The notes: generated from the sequence alone by a model not told the origin. A DNA stretch of 64,000 bases from Eledone cirrhosa (GCA_964016885.1 OZ024740.1:342488001-342552000); one strand, 5' to 3'; shown: positions 15,001 to 30,000, numbered from the stretch's first letter. Program-made: numbers and translations.

Positions 15001-18000
15001 TGGTTCTCTATCTTGCCTGCAGTCCCCTTCTCCTATAACTTGGTTCTCTATCTTGACTGTAGAACCCTTCTCCTATAACTTGGTTCTCTATCTTGCCTGT
15101 AGACCCCTTCTCCTATAACCTGGTTCTCTATCTTGCTTGTAGTCCCCTTCTCCTATAACTTGGTTCTCTATCTTGCTTGTAGTCCCCTTCTCCTATAACT
15201 TGGTTCTGTATCTTGCCTGTAGACCCCTTCTCCTATACCTTGGTTCTGTATCTTGCCTGTAGACCCCTTCTCCTATAACTTGGTTCTCTATCTTACCTGT
15301 AGTCCCCTTCTCCTATAACTTCCTTCTGTATCTTGCCTGTAGTACCCTTCTTCTATAACTTGGTTCTCTATCTTGCCTGTAGTCCCCTTCTCCAATAACT
15401 TGGTTCTCTATCTTGCCTGTAGTACCCTTCTCCTATAACTTGGTTCTCCATCTTGCCTGTAGTCCCCTTCTCCAATAACTTGGTTCTCTATCTTGCCTGT
15501 AGTACCATTCTCCTATAACTTGGTTCTCTATCTTGCCTGTAGTACCCCTCTCCTATAACTTGGTTCTCTATCTTGCCTGTAGTACCATTCTCCTATAACT
15601 TGGTTCTCTATCTTGCCTGTAGTCCCCTTCTCCTATAACTTGGTTCTGTATTTTGCCTGTAGTCCCCTTCTCCTATAACTTGGTTCTGTATCTTGCCTGT
15701 AGACCCCTTCTCCTATAACTTGGTTCTCTATCTTACCTGTAGTCCCCTTCTCCTATAACTTCCTTCTGTATCTTGCCTGTAGTACCCCTCTCCTATAACT
15801 TGGTTCTCTATCTTGCCTGTAGTACTCTTCTCCTATAACTTGGCTCTCTATCTTGCCTGTAGTACTCTTCTCCTATAACTTGATTCTCTACCTTGCCTGC
15901 AGTCCCCTTCTCCTATAACCTGGTTCTCTATCTTGCCTGTAGTACCCTTCTCCTATAACTTGGTTCTCTATCTTGCCTGTAGTCCCCTTCTCCTATAACT
16001 TGGTTCACTATCTTGCCTGTAGTCCCCTTCTTCTATAAATTGGTTCTCTATTTTACCTGTAGTACCCTTCTCCTATAACTTGGTTCTCTATCTTGCCTGT
16101 AGTGTCCTTCTCCTATAACTTGGTTCTCTATCTTGCCTGTAGTACCCTTCTCCTATAACTTGGTTCTCTATCTTGCCTGTAGTCCCCTTCTCCTATAACT
16201 TGGTTCTCTATCTTGCCTGTAGTACCCTTCTCCTATAACATGGTTCTCTATTTTGCCTGTAGTCCCCTTCTCCTATAACTTGGTTCTCTATCTTGCTTGT
16301 AGTCCCCTTCTCCTATAACTTGGTTCTCTATCTTGCTTGTAGTCCCCTTCTCCTATAACTTGGTTCTGTATCTTGCCTGTAGACCCCTTCTCCTATAACT
16401 TGGTTCTGTATCTTGCCTGTAGACCCCTTCTCCTATAACTTGGTTCTCTATCTTACCTGTAGTCCCCTTCTCCTATAACTTCCTTCTGTATCTTGCCTGT
16501 AGTACCCTTCTCCTATAACTTGGTACTCTATCTTGCCTGTAGTACCCTTCTCCTTTAACTTGGTTCTCTATCTTGCCTGTAGTCCCCTTCTCCAATAACT
16601 TGGTTCTCTATCTTGCCTGTAGTACCCTTCTCCTATAACTTGGTTCTCCATCTTGCCTGTAGTCCCCTTCTCCAATAACTTGGTTCTCTATCTTGCCTGT
16701 AGTACCATTCTCCTATAACTTGGTTCTCTATCTAGCCTGTAGTACCCCTCTCCTATAACTTGGTTCTCTATCTTGCCTGTAGTACCATTCTCCTATAACT
16801 TGGTTCTCTATCTTGCCTGTAGTCCCCTTCTCCTATAACTTGGTTCTGTATTTTGCCTGTAGTCCCCTTCTCCTATAACTTGGTTCTCTATCTTGCCTGT
16901 AGTACTCTTCTCCTATAACTTGGTTCTCTCTCTTGCCTGTAGTACTCTTCTCCTATAACTTAGTTCTCTATCTTGTCTACAGTCCCCTTCTCCTATAACC
17001 TGGTTCTCTATCTTGCCTGTAGTCCCCGTCTCCTATAACTTGGTTCACTATCTTGCCTGTAGTCCCCTTCTCCTATAACTTGGTTCTCTATCTTGCCTGT
17101 AGACTCCTTCTCCTATAACCTGGTTCTCTATCTTGCTTGTAGTCCCCTTCTCCTATAACTTGGTTCTCTATCTTGCTTGTAGTCCCCTTCTCCTATAACT
17201 TGGTTCTGTATCTTGCCTGTAGACCCCTTCTCCTATAACTTGGTTCTGTATCTTGCCTGTAGACCTCTTCTCCTATAACTTGGTTCTCTATCTTACCTGT
17301 AGTCCCCTTCTCCTATAACTTCCTTCTGTATCTTGCCTGTAGTACCCTTCTTCTATAACTTGGTTCTCTATCTTGCCTGTAGTCCCCTTCTCCAATAACT
17401 TGGTTCTCTATCTTGCCTGTAGTCCCCTTCTCCAATAATTTGGTTCTCTATCTTGCCTGTAGTACCCTTCTCCTATAACTTGGTTCTCTATCTTGCCTGT
17501 AGTACGCTTCTCCTATAACTTGGTTCTCTATCTTGCCTGTAGTCCCCTTCTCCTATAACTTGGTTCTCTATCTTGCCTGTAGTCCCCGTCTCCTATAACT
17601 TGGTTCACTATCTTGCCTGTAGTCCCCTTCTCCTATAACTTGGTTCTCTATCTTGCCTGTAGACCCCTTCTCCTATAACCTGGTTCTCTATCTTGCTTGT
17701 AGTCCCCTTCTCCTATAACTTGGTTCTCTATCTTGCTTGTAGTCCCCTTCTCCTATAACTTGGTTCTGTATCTTGCCTGTAGACCCCTTCTCCTATAACT
17801 TGGTTCTGTATCTTGCCTGTAGACCCCTTCTCCTATAACTTAGTTCTCTATCTTACCTGTAGTCCCCTTCTCCTATAACTTCCTTCTGTATCTTGCCTGT
17901 AGTACCCTTCTTCTATAACTTGGTTCTCTATCTTGCCTGTAGTCCCCTTCTCCAATAACTTGGTTCTCTATCTTGCCTGTAGTCCCCTTCTCCAATAACT

Positions 18001-21000
18001 TGGTTCTCTATCTTGCCTGTAGTACCCTTCTCCTATAACTTGGTTCTCTATCTTGCCTGTAGTACGCTTCTCCTATAACTTGGTTCTCTATCTTGCCTGT
18101 AGTCCCCTTCTCCTATAACTTGGTTCTCTATCTTGCCTGTAGTACCCTTCTCCTATAAATTGGTTCTCTATCTTGCCTGTAGTCCCCTTCTCCTATAACT
18201 TGGTTCTCTATCTTGCCTGTAGTCCCCTTCTCCTATAACTTGGTTCACTATCTTGCCTGTAGTCCCCTTCTCCTATAAATTGGTTCTCTATCTTACCTGT
18301 AGTACCCTTCTCCTATAACTTGGTTCTCTATCTTGCCTGCAGTCCCCTTCTCCTATAACTTGGTTCTCTATCTTGACTGTAGAACCCTTCTCCTATAACT
18401 TGGTTCTCTATCTTGCCTGTAGACCCCTTCTCCTATAACCTGGTTCTCTATCTTGCTTGTAGTCCCCTTCTCCTATAACTTGGTTCTCTATCTTGCTTGT
18501 AGTCCCCTTCTCCTATAACTTGGTTCTGTATCTTGCCTGTAGACCCCTTCTCCTATACCTTGGTTCTGTATCTTGCCTGTAGACCCCTTCTCCTATAACT
18601 TGGTTCTCTATCTTACCTGTAGTCCCCTTCTCCTATAACTTCCTTCTGTATCTTGCCTGTAGTACCCTTCTTCTATAACTTGGTTCTCTATCTTGCCTGT
18701 AGTCCCCTTCTCCAATAACTTGGTTCTCTATCTTGCCTGTAGTACCCTTCTCCTATAACTTGGTTCTCCATCTTGCCTGTAGTCCCCTTCTCCAATAACT
18801 TGGTTCTCTATCTTGCCTGTAGTACCATTCTCCTATAACTTGGTTCTCTATCTTGCCTGTAGTACCCCTCTCCTATAACTTGGTTCTCTATCTTGCCTGT
18901 AGTACCATTCTCCTATAACTTGGTTCTCTATCTTGCCTGTAGTCCCCTTCTCCTATAACTTGGTTCTGTATTTTGCCTGTAGTCCCCTTCTCCTATAACT
19001 TGGTTCTGTATCTTGCCTGTAGACCCCTTCTCCTATAACTTGGTTCTCTATCTTACCTGTAGTCCCCTTCTCCTATAACTTCCTTCTGTATCTTGCCTGT
19101 AGTACCCCTCTCCTATAACTTGGTTCTCTATCTTGCCTGTAGTACTCTTCTCCTATAACTTGGCTCTCTATCTTGCCTGTAGTACTCTTCTCCTATAACT
19201 TGATTCTCTACCTTGCCTGCAGTCCCCTTCTCCTATAACCTGGTTCTCTATCTTGCCTGTAGTACCCTTCTCCTATAACTTGGTTCTCTATCTTGCCTGT
19301 AGTCCCCTTCTCCTATAACTTGGTTCACTATCTTGCCTGTAGTCCCCTTCTCCTATAAATTGGTTCTCTATTTTACCTGTAGTACCCTTCTCCTATAACT
19401 TGGTTCTCTATCTTGCCTGTAGTGTCCTTCTCCTATAACTTGGTTCTCTATCTTGCCTGTAGTACCCTTCTCCTATAACTTGGTTCTCTATCTTGCCTGT
19501 AGTCCCCTTCTCCTATAACTTGGTTCTCTATCTTGCCTGTAGTACCCTTCTCCTATAACATGGTTCTCTATTTTGCCTGTAGTCCCCTTCTCCTATAACT
19601 TGGTTCTCTATCTTGCTTGTAGTCCCCTTCTCCTATAACTTGGTTCTCTATCTTGCTTGTAGTCCCCTTCTCCTATAACTTGGTTCTGTATCTTGCCTGT
19701 AGACCCCTTCTCCTATAACTTGGTTCTGTATCTTGCCTGTAGACCCCTTCTCCTATAACTTGGTTCTCTATCTTACCTGTAGTCCCCTTCTCCTATAACT
19801 TCCTTCTGTATCTTGCCTGTAGTACCCTTCTCCTATAACTTGGTACTCTATCTTGCCTGTAGTACCCTTCTCCTTTAACTTGGTTCTCTATCTTGCCTGT
19901 AGTCCCCTTCTCCAATAACTTGGTTCTCTATCTTGCCTGTAGTACCCTTCTCCTATAACTTGGTTCTCCATCTTGCCTGTAGTCCCCTTCTCCAATAACT
20001 TGGTTCTCTATCTTGCCTGTAGTACCATTCTCCTATAACTTGGTTCTCTATCTAGCCTGTAGTACCCCTCTCCTATAACTTGGTTCTCTATCTTGCCTGT
20101 AGTACCATTCTCCTATAACTTGGTTCTCTATCTTGCCTGTAGTCCCCTTCTCCTATAACTTGGTTCTGTATTTTGCCTGTAGTCCCCTTCTCCTATAACT
20201 TGGTTCTCTATCTTGCCTGTAGTACTCTTCTCCTATAACTTGGTTCTCTATCTTGCCTGTAGTACTCTTCTCCTATAACTTAGTTCTCTATCTTGTCTAC
20301 AGTCCCCTTCTCCTATAACCTGGTTCTCTATCTTGCCTGTAGTCCCCGTCTCCTATAACTTGGTTCACTATCTTGCCTGTAGTCCCCTTCTCCTATAACT
20401 TGGTTCTCTATCTTGCCTGTAGACTCCTTCTCCTATAACCTGGTTCTCTATCTTGCTTGTAGTCCCCTTCTCCTATAACTTGGTTCTCTATCTTGCTTGT
20501 AGTCCCCTTCTCCTATAACTTGGTTCTGTATCTTGCCTGTAGACCCCTTCTCCTATAACTTGGTTCTGTATCTTGCCTGTAGACCCCTTCTCCTATAACT
20601 TGGTTCTCTATCTTACCTGTAGTCCCCTTCTCCTATAACTTCCTTCTGTATCTTGCCTGTAGTACCCTTCTTCTATAACTTGGTTCTCTATCTTGCCTGT
20701 AGTCCCCTTCTCCAATAACTTGGTTCTCTATCTTTCCTGTAGTCCCCTTCTCCAATAACTTGGTTCTCTATCTTGCCTGTAGTACCCTTCTCCTATAACT
20801 TGGTTCTCTATCTTGCCTGTAGTACGCTTCTCCTATAAATTGGTTCTCTATCTTGCCTGTAGTCCCCTTCTCCTATAACTTGGTTCTCTATCTTGCCTGT
20901 AGTACCCTTCTCCTATAACTTGGTTCTCTATCTTGCCTGTAGTACCCTTCTCCTATAACTTGGTTCTCTATCTTGCCTGTAGTCCCCTTCTCCTATAACT

Positions 21001-24000
21001 TGGTTCTCTATCTTGCCTGTAGTCCCCTTCCCCTATAACTTGGTTCTCTATCTTGCCTGTAGTCCCCTTCTCCTATAACTTCGTTCTCTATCTTGCCTGT
21101 AGTACCCTTAACGTATAACTTGGTTCTCTATCTTGCCTGTAGTACACTTCTCCTATAACTTGGTTCTCTATCTTGCCTGTAGTACCCTTCTCCTATAACT
21201 TGGTTCTCTATCTTGCTTGTAGTCCCCTTCTCCTATAACTTGGTTCTCTATCTTGCCTGTAGTCCCCTTCTCCTATAACTTGGTTCTCTATCTTGCCTGT
21301 AGTCCCCTTCTCCTATAACTTGGTTCTCTATCTTGCCTGTAGTACCCTTCTCCTATAACTTCGTTCTCTATCTTGCCTGTAGTCCCCTTCTCCTATAACT
21401 TGGTTCTCTATTTCGCCTGTAGTACCCTTCTCCTATAACTTAGTTCTCTATCTTGCCTGTAGTCCCCTTCTCCTATAATTTCGTTCTCTATCTTGCTTGT
21501 AGTCCCCTTCTCCTATAACTTGGTTCTGTATTTTGCCTGTAGTCCCCTTCTCCTATAACTTGGTTCTCTATCTTGCCTGTAGTCCCCTTCTCCTATAACT
21601 TGGTTCTGTATTTTGTCTGTAGTCCCCTTCTCCTATAACTTGCTTCTCTATCTTGCCTGTAGTACCCTTCTCCTATAACTTGGTTCTCTATCTTGCCTGT
21701 AGTACCCTTCTCCTATAACTTGGTTCTGTATTTTGCCTGTAGTCCCCTTCTCCTATAACTTGCTTCTCTATCTTGCCTGTAGTCCCCTTCTCCTATAAAT
21801 TGGTTCTCTATCTTGCCTGTAGTCCCCTTCTCCTATAACCTGGTTCTCTATCTTGCCTGTAGTCCCCTTCTCCTATAACTTGGTTCTCTATCTTACCTGT
21901 AGTACCCTTCTCCTATAACTTGGTTCTCTATCTTGCCTGTAGTCCCCTTCTCCTATAACTTGGTTCTCTATATTGCCTGTAGTCCCCTTCTCCTATAACT
22001 TGGTTCTCTATCTTGCCTGTAGTACCCTTCTCCTATAACTTGGTTCTCTATCTTGCCTGTAGTACCCTTCTCCTATAACTTGGTTCTCTATCTTGCCTGT
22101 AGTACCCTTCTCCTATAACTTGGTTCTCTATCTTGCCTGTAGTACCCTTCTCCTATAACTTGGTTCTCCATCTTGCCTGTAGTCCCCTTCTCCAATAACT
22201 TGGTTCTCTATCTTGCCTGTAGTACCATTCTCCTATAACTTGGTTCTCTATCTTGCTTGTAGTCCCCTTCTCCTATAACTTGGTTCTGTATCTTGCCTGT
22301 AGACCCCTTCTCCTATAACTTGGTTCTGTATCTTGTCTGTAGTCCCCTTCTTCTATAACTTGGTTCTCTATCTTGCCTGTAGTGTCCTCCTCCTATAACT
22401 TGGTTCTCTATCTTGCCTGTAGTCCCCTTCTCCTATAACTTGGTTCTCTATCTTGCGTTTAGTCCCCTTCTCCTATAACTTGGTTCTCTATCTTGCGTTT
22501 AGTCCCCTTCTCCTATAACTTGGTTCTGTATTTTGCCTGTAGTCCCCTTCTCCTATAACTTGGTTCTCTATCTTGCCTGTAGTACTCTTCTCCTATAACT
22601 TGGTTCTCTATCTTGCCTGTAGTACTCTTCTCCTATAACTTAGTTCTCTATCTTGTCTGCAGTCCCCTTCTCCTATAACCTGGTTCTCTATCTTGCCTGT
22701 AGTCCCCGTCTCCTATAACTTGGTTCACTATCTTGCCTGTAGTCCCCTTCTCCTATAACTTGGTTCTCTATCTTGCCTGTAGACTCCTTCTCCTATAACC
22801 TGGTTCTCTATCTTGCTTGTAGTCCCCTTCTCCTATAACTTGGTTCTCTATCTTGCTTGTAGTCCCCTTCTCCTATAACTTGGTTCTGTATCTTGCCTGT
22901 AGACCCCTTCTCCTATAACTTGGTTCTGTATCTTGCCTGTAGACCCCTTCTCCTATAACTTGGTTCTCTATCTTACCTGTAGTCCCCTTCTCCTATAACT
23001 TCCTTCTGTATCTTGCCTGTAGTACCCTTCTTCTATAACTTGGTTCTCTATCTTGCCTGTAGTCCCCTTCTCCAATAACTTGGTTCTCTATCTTGCCTGT
23101 AGTCCCCTTCTCCAATAACTTGGTTCTCTATCTTGCCTGTAGTACCCTTCTCCTATAACTTGGTTCTCTATCTTGCCTGTAGTACGCTTCTCCTATAACT
23201 TGGTTCTCTATCTTGCCTGTAGTCCCCTTCTCCTATAACTTGGTTCTCTATCTTGCCTGTAGTACCCTTCTCCTATAACTTGGTTCTCTATCTTGCCTGT
23301 AGTACCCTTCTCCTATAACTTGGTTCTCTATCTTGCCTGTAGTCCCCTTCTCCTATAACTTGGTTCTCTATCTTGCCTGTAGTCGCCTTCTTCTATAACT
23401 TGGTTCTCTATCTTGCCTGTAGTCCCCTTCTCCTATAACTTCGTTCTCTATCTTGCCTGTAGTACCCTTAACGTATAACTTGGTTCTCTATCTTGCCTGT
23501 AGTACACTTCTCCTATAACTTGGTTCTCTATCTTGCCTGTAGTACCCTTCTCCTATAACTTGGTTCTCTATCTTGCTTGTAGTCCCCTTCTCCTATAACT
23601 TGGTTCTCTATCTTGCCTGTAGTCCCCTTCTCCTATAACTTGGTTCTCTATCTTGCCTGTAGTCCCCTTCTCCTATAACTTGGTTCTCTATCTTGCCTGT
23701 AGTCCCCTTCTCCTATAATTTCGTTCTCTATCTTGCTTGTAGTCCCCTTCTCCTATAACTTGGTTCTCTATCTTGCCCGTAGTCCCCTTCTCCTATAACT
23801 TGGTTCTCTATCTTGCCTGTAGTCCCCTTCTCCTATAACTTGGTTCTGTATTTTGTCTGTAGTCCCCTTCTCCTATAACTTGCTTCTCTATCTTGCCTGT
23901 AGTACCCTTCTCCTATAACTTGGTTCTCTATCTTGCCTGTAGTACCCTTCTCCTATAACTTGGTTCTGTATTTTGCCTGTAGTCCCCTTCTCCTATAAAT

Positions 24001-27000
24001 TGGTTCTCTATCTTGCCTGTAGTCCCCTTCTCCTATAACTTGGTTCTCTATCTTGCCTGTAGTCCCCTTCTCCTATAACTTGGTTCTCTATCTTACCTGT
24101 AGTACCCTTCTCCTATAACTTGGTTCTCTATCTTGCCTGTAGTCCCCTTCTCCTATAACTTGGTTCTCTATATTGCCTGTAGTCCCCTTCTCCTATAACT
24201 TGGTTCTCTATCTTGCCTGTAGTACCCTTCTCCTATAACTTGGTTCTCTATCTTGCCTGTAGTACCCTTCTCCTATAACTTGGTTCTCTATCTTGCCTGT
24301 AGTACTCTTCTCCTATAACTTGGTTCTCTATCTTGCCTGTAGCACTCTTCTCCTATAACTTGGTTCTCTATCTTGCCTGCAGTGCCCTTCTCCTATAACC
24401 TGGTTCTCTATCTTGCCTGTAGTACCCTTCTCCTATAACTTGGTTCTCTATCTTGCCTGTAGTCCCCTTCTCCTATAACCTGGTTCTCTATCTTGCCTGT
24501 AGTCCCCTTCTCCTATAACTTGGTTCACTATCTTGCCTGTAGTCCCCTTCTCCTATAAATTGGTCCTCTATCTTACCTGTAGTACCCTTCTCCTATAACT
24601 TGGTTCTCTATCTTGCCTGTAGTGTCCTTCTCCTATAACTTGGTTCTCTATCTTGCCTGTAGTACCCTTCTCCTATAACTTGGTTCTCTATCTTGCCTGT
24701 AGTCCCCTTCTCCTATAACTTGGTTCTCTATCTTGCCTGTAGTACCCTTCTCCTATAACATGGTTCTCTATTTTGCCTGTAGTCCCCTTCTCCTATAACT
24801 TGGTTCTCTATCTTGCCTGTAGTACCATTCTCCTATAACTTGGTTCTCTATCTTGCCTGTAGTCCCCTTCTCCTATAACTTGGTTCTCTATCTTGCCTGT
24901 AGTCCCCTTCTCCTATAACTTGGTTCTCTATCTTGCCTGTAGTCCCCTTCTCCTATAACTTGGTTCTCTATCTTGCCTGTAGTACCCTTCCCCTATAACT
25001 TGGTTCTCTATCTTGCCTGTAGTACACTTCTCCTATAACCTGGTTCTCTATCTTGCCTGTAGTACCCTTCTCCTATAACTTGGTTCTCTATCTTGCCTGT
25101 AGTACCCTTCTCCTATAACTTGGTTCTCTATCTTGCCTGTAGTCCCCTTCTCCTATAACTTGGTTCTCTATCTTGCCTGTAGTACCCCTCTCCTATAACT
25201 TGGTTCTCTATCTTGCCTGTAGTACTCTTCTCCTATAACTCGGTTCTCTATTTTTTCTGTAGTCCCCTTCTCCTATAACTTGGTTCTCTATCTTGCCTGT
25301 AGTCCCCTTCTCCTATAACTTGGTTCTCTATCTTGCCTGTAGTACCCTTCTCCTATAACTTGGTTCTCTATCTTGCCTGTAGTCCCCTTCTCCTATAACT
25401 TCGTTCTCTATCTTGCTTGTAGTCCCCTTCTCCTATACCTTGGTTCTCTATCTTGCCTGTAGTACGCTTCTGCTATAACCTGGTTCTCTATCTTGCCTGT
25501 AGTACCCTTCTCCTATAATTTCGTTCTCTATCTTGCCTGTAGTCCCCTTCTCCTATAACTTGGTTCTCTATCTTGCCTGTAGTACCCTTCTCCTATAACT
25601 TGGTTCTCTATCTTGCCTGTAGTCCCCTTCTTCTATAACTTGGTTCTCTATCTTGCTTGTAGTACCCTTCTCCTATAACTTGGTTCCCTATCTTGCCTGT
25701 AGTACCCTTCTCCTATAAATTGGTTCTCTATCTTGCCTGTAGTGTCCTTCTCCTATAACTTGGTTCTCTATCTTGCCTGTAGTCCCCTTCTCCTATAACT
25801 TGGTTCTGTATTTTGTCTGTAGTCCCCTTCTCCTATAACTTGGTTCTCTATCTTGCCTGTAGTCCACTTCTCCTATAACTTGGTTCTCTATCTTGCCTGT
25901 AGTCCCCCTATCCTATAACTTGCTTCTGTATTTTGTCTGTAGTCCCCTTCTCCTATAACTTGCTTCTCTATCTTGCCTGTAGTACCATTCTCCTATAACT
26001 TGGTTCTCTATCTTGCCTGTAGTCCCCTTCTCCTATAACTTGGTTCTGTATTTTGCCTGTAGTCCCCTTCTCCTATAACTTCGTTCTCTATCTTGCCTGT
26101 AGTCCCTTTCTCCTATAACTTGGTTCTCTATCTTGCCTGTAGTCCCCTTCTCCTATAACTTGGTTCTCTATCTTGCCTGTAGTACCCTTCTCCTATAACT
26201 TGGTTCTCTATCTTGTCTGTAGTCCCCTTCTTCTATAACTTGGTTCTCTATCTTGCCTGTAGTGTCCTCCTCCTATAACTTGGTTCTCTATCTTGCCTGT
26301 AGTCCCCTTCTCCTATAACTTGGTTCTCTATCTCACCTGTAGTACCCTTCTCCTGTAACTTGGTTCTCTATCTTGCCTGTAGTCCCCTTCTCCTATAACT
26401 TGGTTCTCTATCTTGCCTGTAGTCCCCTTCTCCTATAACTTGGTTCTCTATCTTGCCTGTTGTACCCTTCTCCTATAACTTGGTTCTCTATCTTGCCTGT
26501 AGTACCCTTCTCCTATAACTTGGTTCTGTATTTTGCCTGTAGTACCCTTCTCCTATAACTTGGTTCTCTATCTTGCCTGTAGTACTCTTCTCCTATAACT
26601 CGGTTCTCTATTTTTTCTGTAGTCCCCTTCTCCTATAACTTGGCTCTCTATCTTGCCTGTAGTCGCCTTCTCCTATAACTTGGTTCTCTATCTTGCCTGT
26701 AGTACCCTTCTCCTATAACTTGGTTCTCTATCTTGCCTGTAGTCCCCTTCTCCTATAACTTCGTTCTCTATCTTGCTTGTAGTCCCCTTCTCCTATACCT
26801 TGGTTCTCTATCTTGCCTGTAGTACGCTTCTGCTATAACCTGGTTCTCTATCTTGCCTGTAGTACCCTTCTCCTATAACTAGGTTCTCTATCTTGCCTGT
26901 AGTCCCCTTCTCCTATAACTTGGTTCTCTATCTTGCCTGTAGTACCCTTCTCCTATAACTTGGTTCTCTATCTTGCCTGTAGTCCCCTTCTTCTATAACT

Positions 27001-30000
27001 TGGTTCTCTATCTTGCTTGTAGTACCCTTCTCCTATAACTTGGTTCCCTATCTTGCCTGTAGTACCCTTCTCCTATAAATTGGTTCTCTATCTTGCCTGT
27101 AGTGTCCTTCTCCTATAACTTGGTTCTCTATCTTGCCTGTAGTCCCCTTCTCCTATAACTTGGTTCTGTATTTTGTCTGTAGTCCCCTTCTCCTATAACT
27201 TGGTTCTCTATCTTGCCTGTAGTCCACTTCTCCTATAACTTGGTTCTCTATCTTGCCTGTAGTCCCCTTCTCCTATAACTTGCTTCTGTATTTTGTCTGT
27301 AGTCCCCTTCTCCTATAACTTGCTTCTCTATCTTGCCTGTAGTACCCTTCTCCTATAACTTGGTTCTCTATCTTGCCTGTAATACCCTTCTCCTATAACT
27401 TGGTTCTGTATTTTGCCTGTAGTACCCTTCTCCTATAACTTGGTTCTCTATCTTGCCTGTAGTCCCCTTCTCCTATAACTTGGTTCTCTATCTTGCCTGT
27501 AGTACCATTCTCCTATAACTTGGTTCTCTATCTTGCCTGTAGTCCCCTTCTCCTATAACTTGGTTCTGTATTTTGCCTGTAGTCCCCTTCTCCTATAACT
27601 TCGTTCTCTATCTTGCCTGTAGTCCCTTTCTCCTATAACTTGGTTCTCTATCTTGCCTGTAGTCCCCTTCTCCTATAACTTGGTTCTCTATCTTGCCTGT
27701 AGTACCCTTCTCCTATAACTTGGTTCTCTATCTTGTCTGTAGTCCCCTTCTTCTATAACTTGGTTCTCTATCTTGCCTGTAGTGTCCTCCTCCTATAACT
27801 TGGTTCTCTATCTTGCCTGTAGTCCCCTTCTCCTATAACTTGGTTCTCTATCTCACCTGTAGTACCCTTCTCCTATAACTTGGTTCTCTATCTTGCCTGT
27901 AGTCCCCTTCTCCTATAACTTGGTTCTCTATCTTGCCTGTAGTCCCCTTCTCCTATAACTTGGTTCTCTATCTTGCCTGTTGTACCCTTCTCCTATAACT
28001 TGGTTCTCTATCTTGCCTGTAGTACCCTTCTCCTATAACTTGGTTCTGTATTTTGCCTGTAGTACCCTTCTCCTATAACTTGGTTCTCTATCTTGCCTGT
28101 AGTCCCCTTCTCCTATAACTTGGTTCTCTATCTTGCCTGTAGTCCCCTTCTCCTATAACTTGGTTCTCTATCTTGCCTGTAGTACCCTTCTCCTATAACT
28201 TGGTTCTCTATCTTGCCTGTAGACCCCTTCTCCTATAACCTGGTTCTCTATCTTGCTTGTAGTCCCCTCCTCCTATAACTTGGTTCTCTATCTTGCCTGT
28301 AGTACCCTTCTCCTATAACTTGGTTCTGTATTTTGCCTGTAGTACCCTTCTCCTACAACTTGGTTCTCTATCTTGCCTGTAGTCCCCTTCTCCTATAACT
28401 TGGTTCTCTATCTTGCCTGTAGTCCCCTTCTTCTATAACTTGGTTCTCTATCTTACCTGTAGTACCCTTCTCCTATAACTTGGTTCTCTATCTTGCCTGT
28501 AGTCCCCTTCTCCTATAACTTGGTTCTCTATCTTGCCTGTAGTCCCCTTCTTCTATAACTTGGTTCTGTATTTTGCCTGTAGTCTCCTTCTCCTATAACT
28601 TGGTTCTCTATCTTGCCTGTAGTACCCTTCTCCTATAACTTGGTTCTCTATCTTGCTTGTAGTACCCTTCTCCTATAACTTGGTTATCTATCTTGCCTGT
28701 AGTACCATTCTCCTATAACTTGGTTCTCTATCTTGCCTATAGTACCCCTCTCCTATAACTTGCTTCTCTATCTTTGCCTGTAGTCCCCTTCTCCTATAAC
28801 TTGGTTCTCTATCTTGCCTGTATTACCCCTCTCCTATAACTTGGTTCTGTATTTTGCCTGTAGTCCCCTTCTCCTATAACTTCGTTCTCTATCTTGCCTG
28901 TAGTACCCTTCTCCTATAACTTGGTTCTCTATCTTGTCTGTAGTCCCCTTCTTCTATAACTTGGTTCTCTATCTTGCCTGTAGTGTCCTCCTCCTATAAC
29001 TTGGTTCTCTATCTTGCCTGTAGTCCCCTTCTCCTATAACTTGGTTCTCTATCTCACCTGTAGTACCCTTCTCCTATAACTTGGTTCTCTATCTTGCCTG
29101 TAGTCCCCTTCTCCTATAACTTGGTTCTCTATCTTGCCTGTAGTCCCCTTCTCCTATAACTTGGTTCTCTATCTTGCCTGTTGTACCCTTCTCCTATAAC
29201 TTGGTTCTCTATCTTGCCTGTAGTACCCTTCTCCTATAACTTGGTTCTGTATTTTGCCTGTAGTACCCTTCTCCTATAACTTGGTTCTCTATCTTGCCTG
29301 TAGTCCCCTTCTCCTATAACTTGGTTCTCTATCTTGCCTGTAGTCCCCTTCTCCTATAACTTGGTTCTCTATCTTGCCTGTAGTACCCTTCTCCTATAAC
29401 TTGGTTCTCTATCTTGCCTGTAGACCCCTTCTCCTATAACCTGGTTCTCTATCTTGCTTGTAGTCCCCTCCTCCTATAACTTGGTTCTCTATCTTGCCTG
29501 TAGTACCCTTCTCCTATAACTTGGTTCTGTATTTTGCCTGTAGTACCCTTCTCCTACAACTTGGTTCTCTATCTTGCCTGTAGTCCCCTTCTCCTATAAC
29601 TTGGTTCTCTATCTTGCCTGTAGTCCCCTTTTCCTATAACTTGGTTCCCTATCTTGCCTGTAGTCCCCTTCTCCTATAACTTGGTTCTCTATCTTACCTG
29701 TAGTACCCTTCTCCTATAACTTGGTTCTCTATCTTGCCTGTAGTCCCCTTCTCCTATAACTTGGTTCTCTATCTTGCCTGTAGTCCCCTTCTCCTATAAC
29801 TTGGTTCTGTATTTTGCCTGTAGTCTCCTTCTCCTATAACTTGGTTCTCTATCTTGCCTGTAGTACGCTTCTCCTATAACTTGGTTCTCTATCTTGCTTG
29901 TAGTACCCTTCTCCTATAACTTGGTTATCTATCTTGCCTGTAGTACCATTCTCCTATAACTTGGTTCTCTATCTTGCCTATAGTACCCCTCTCCTATAAC

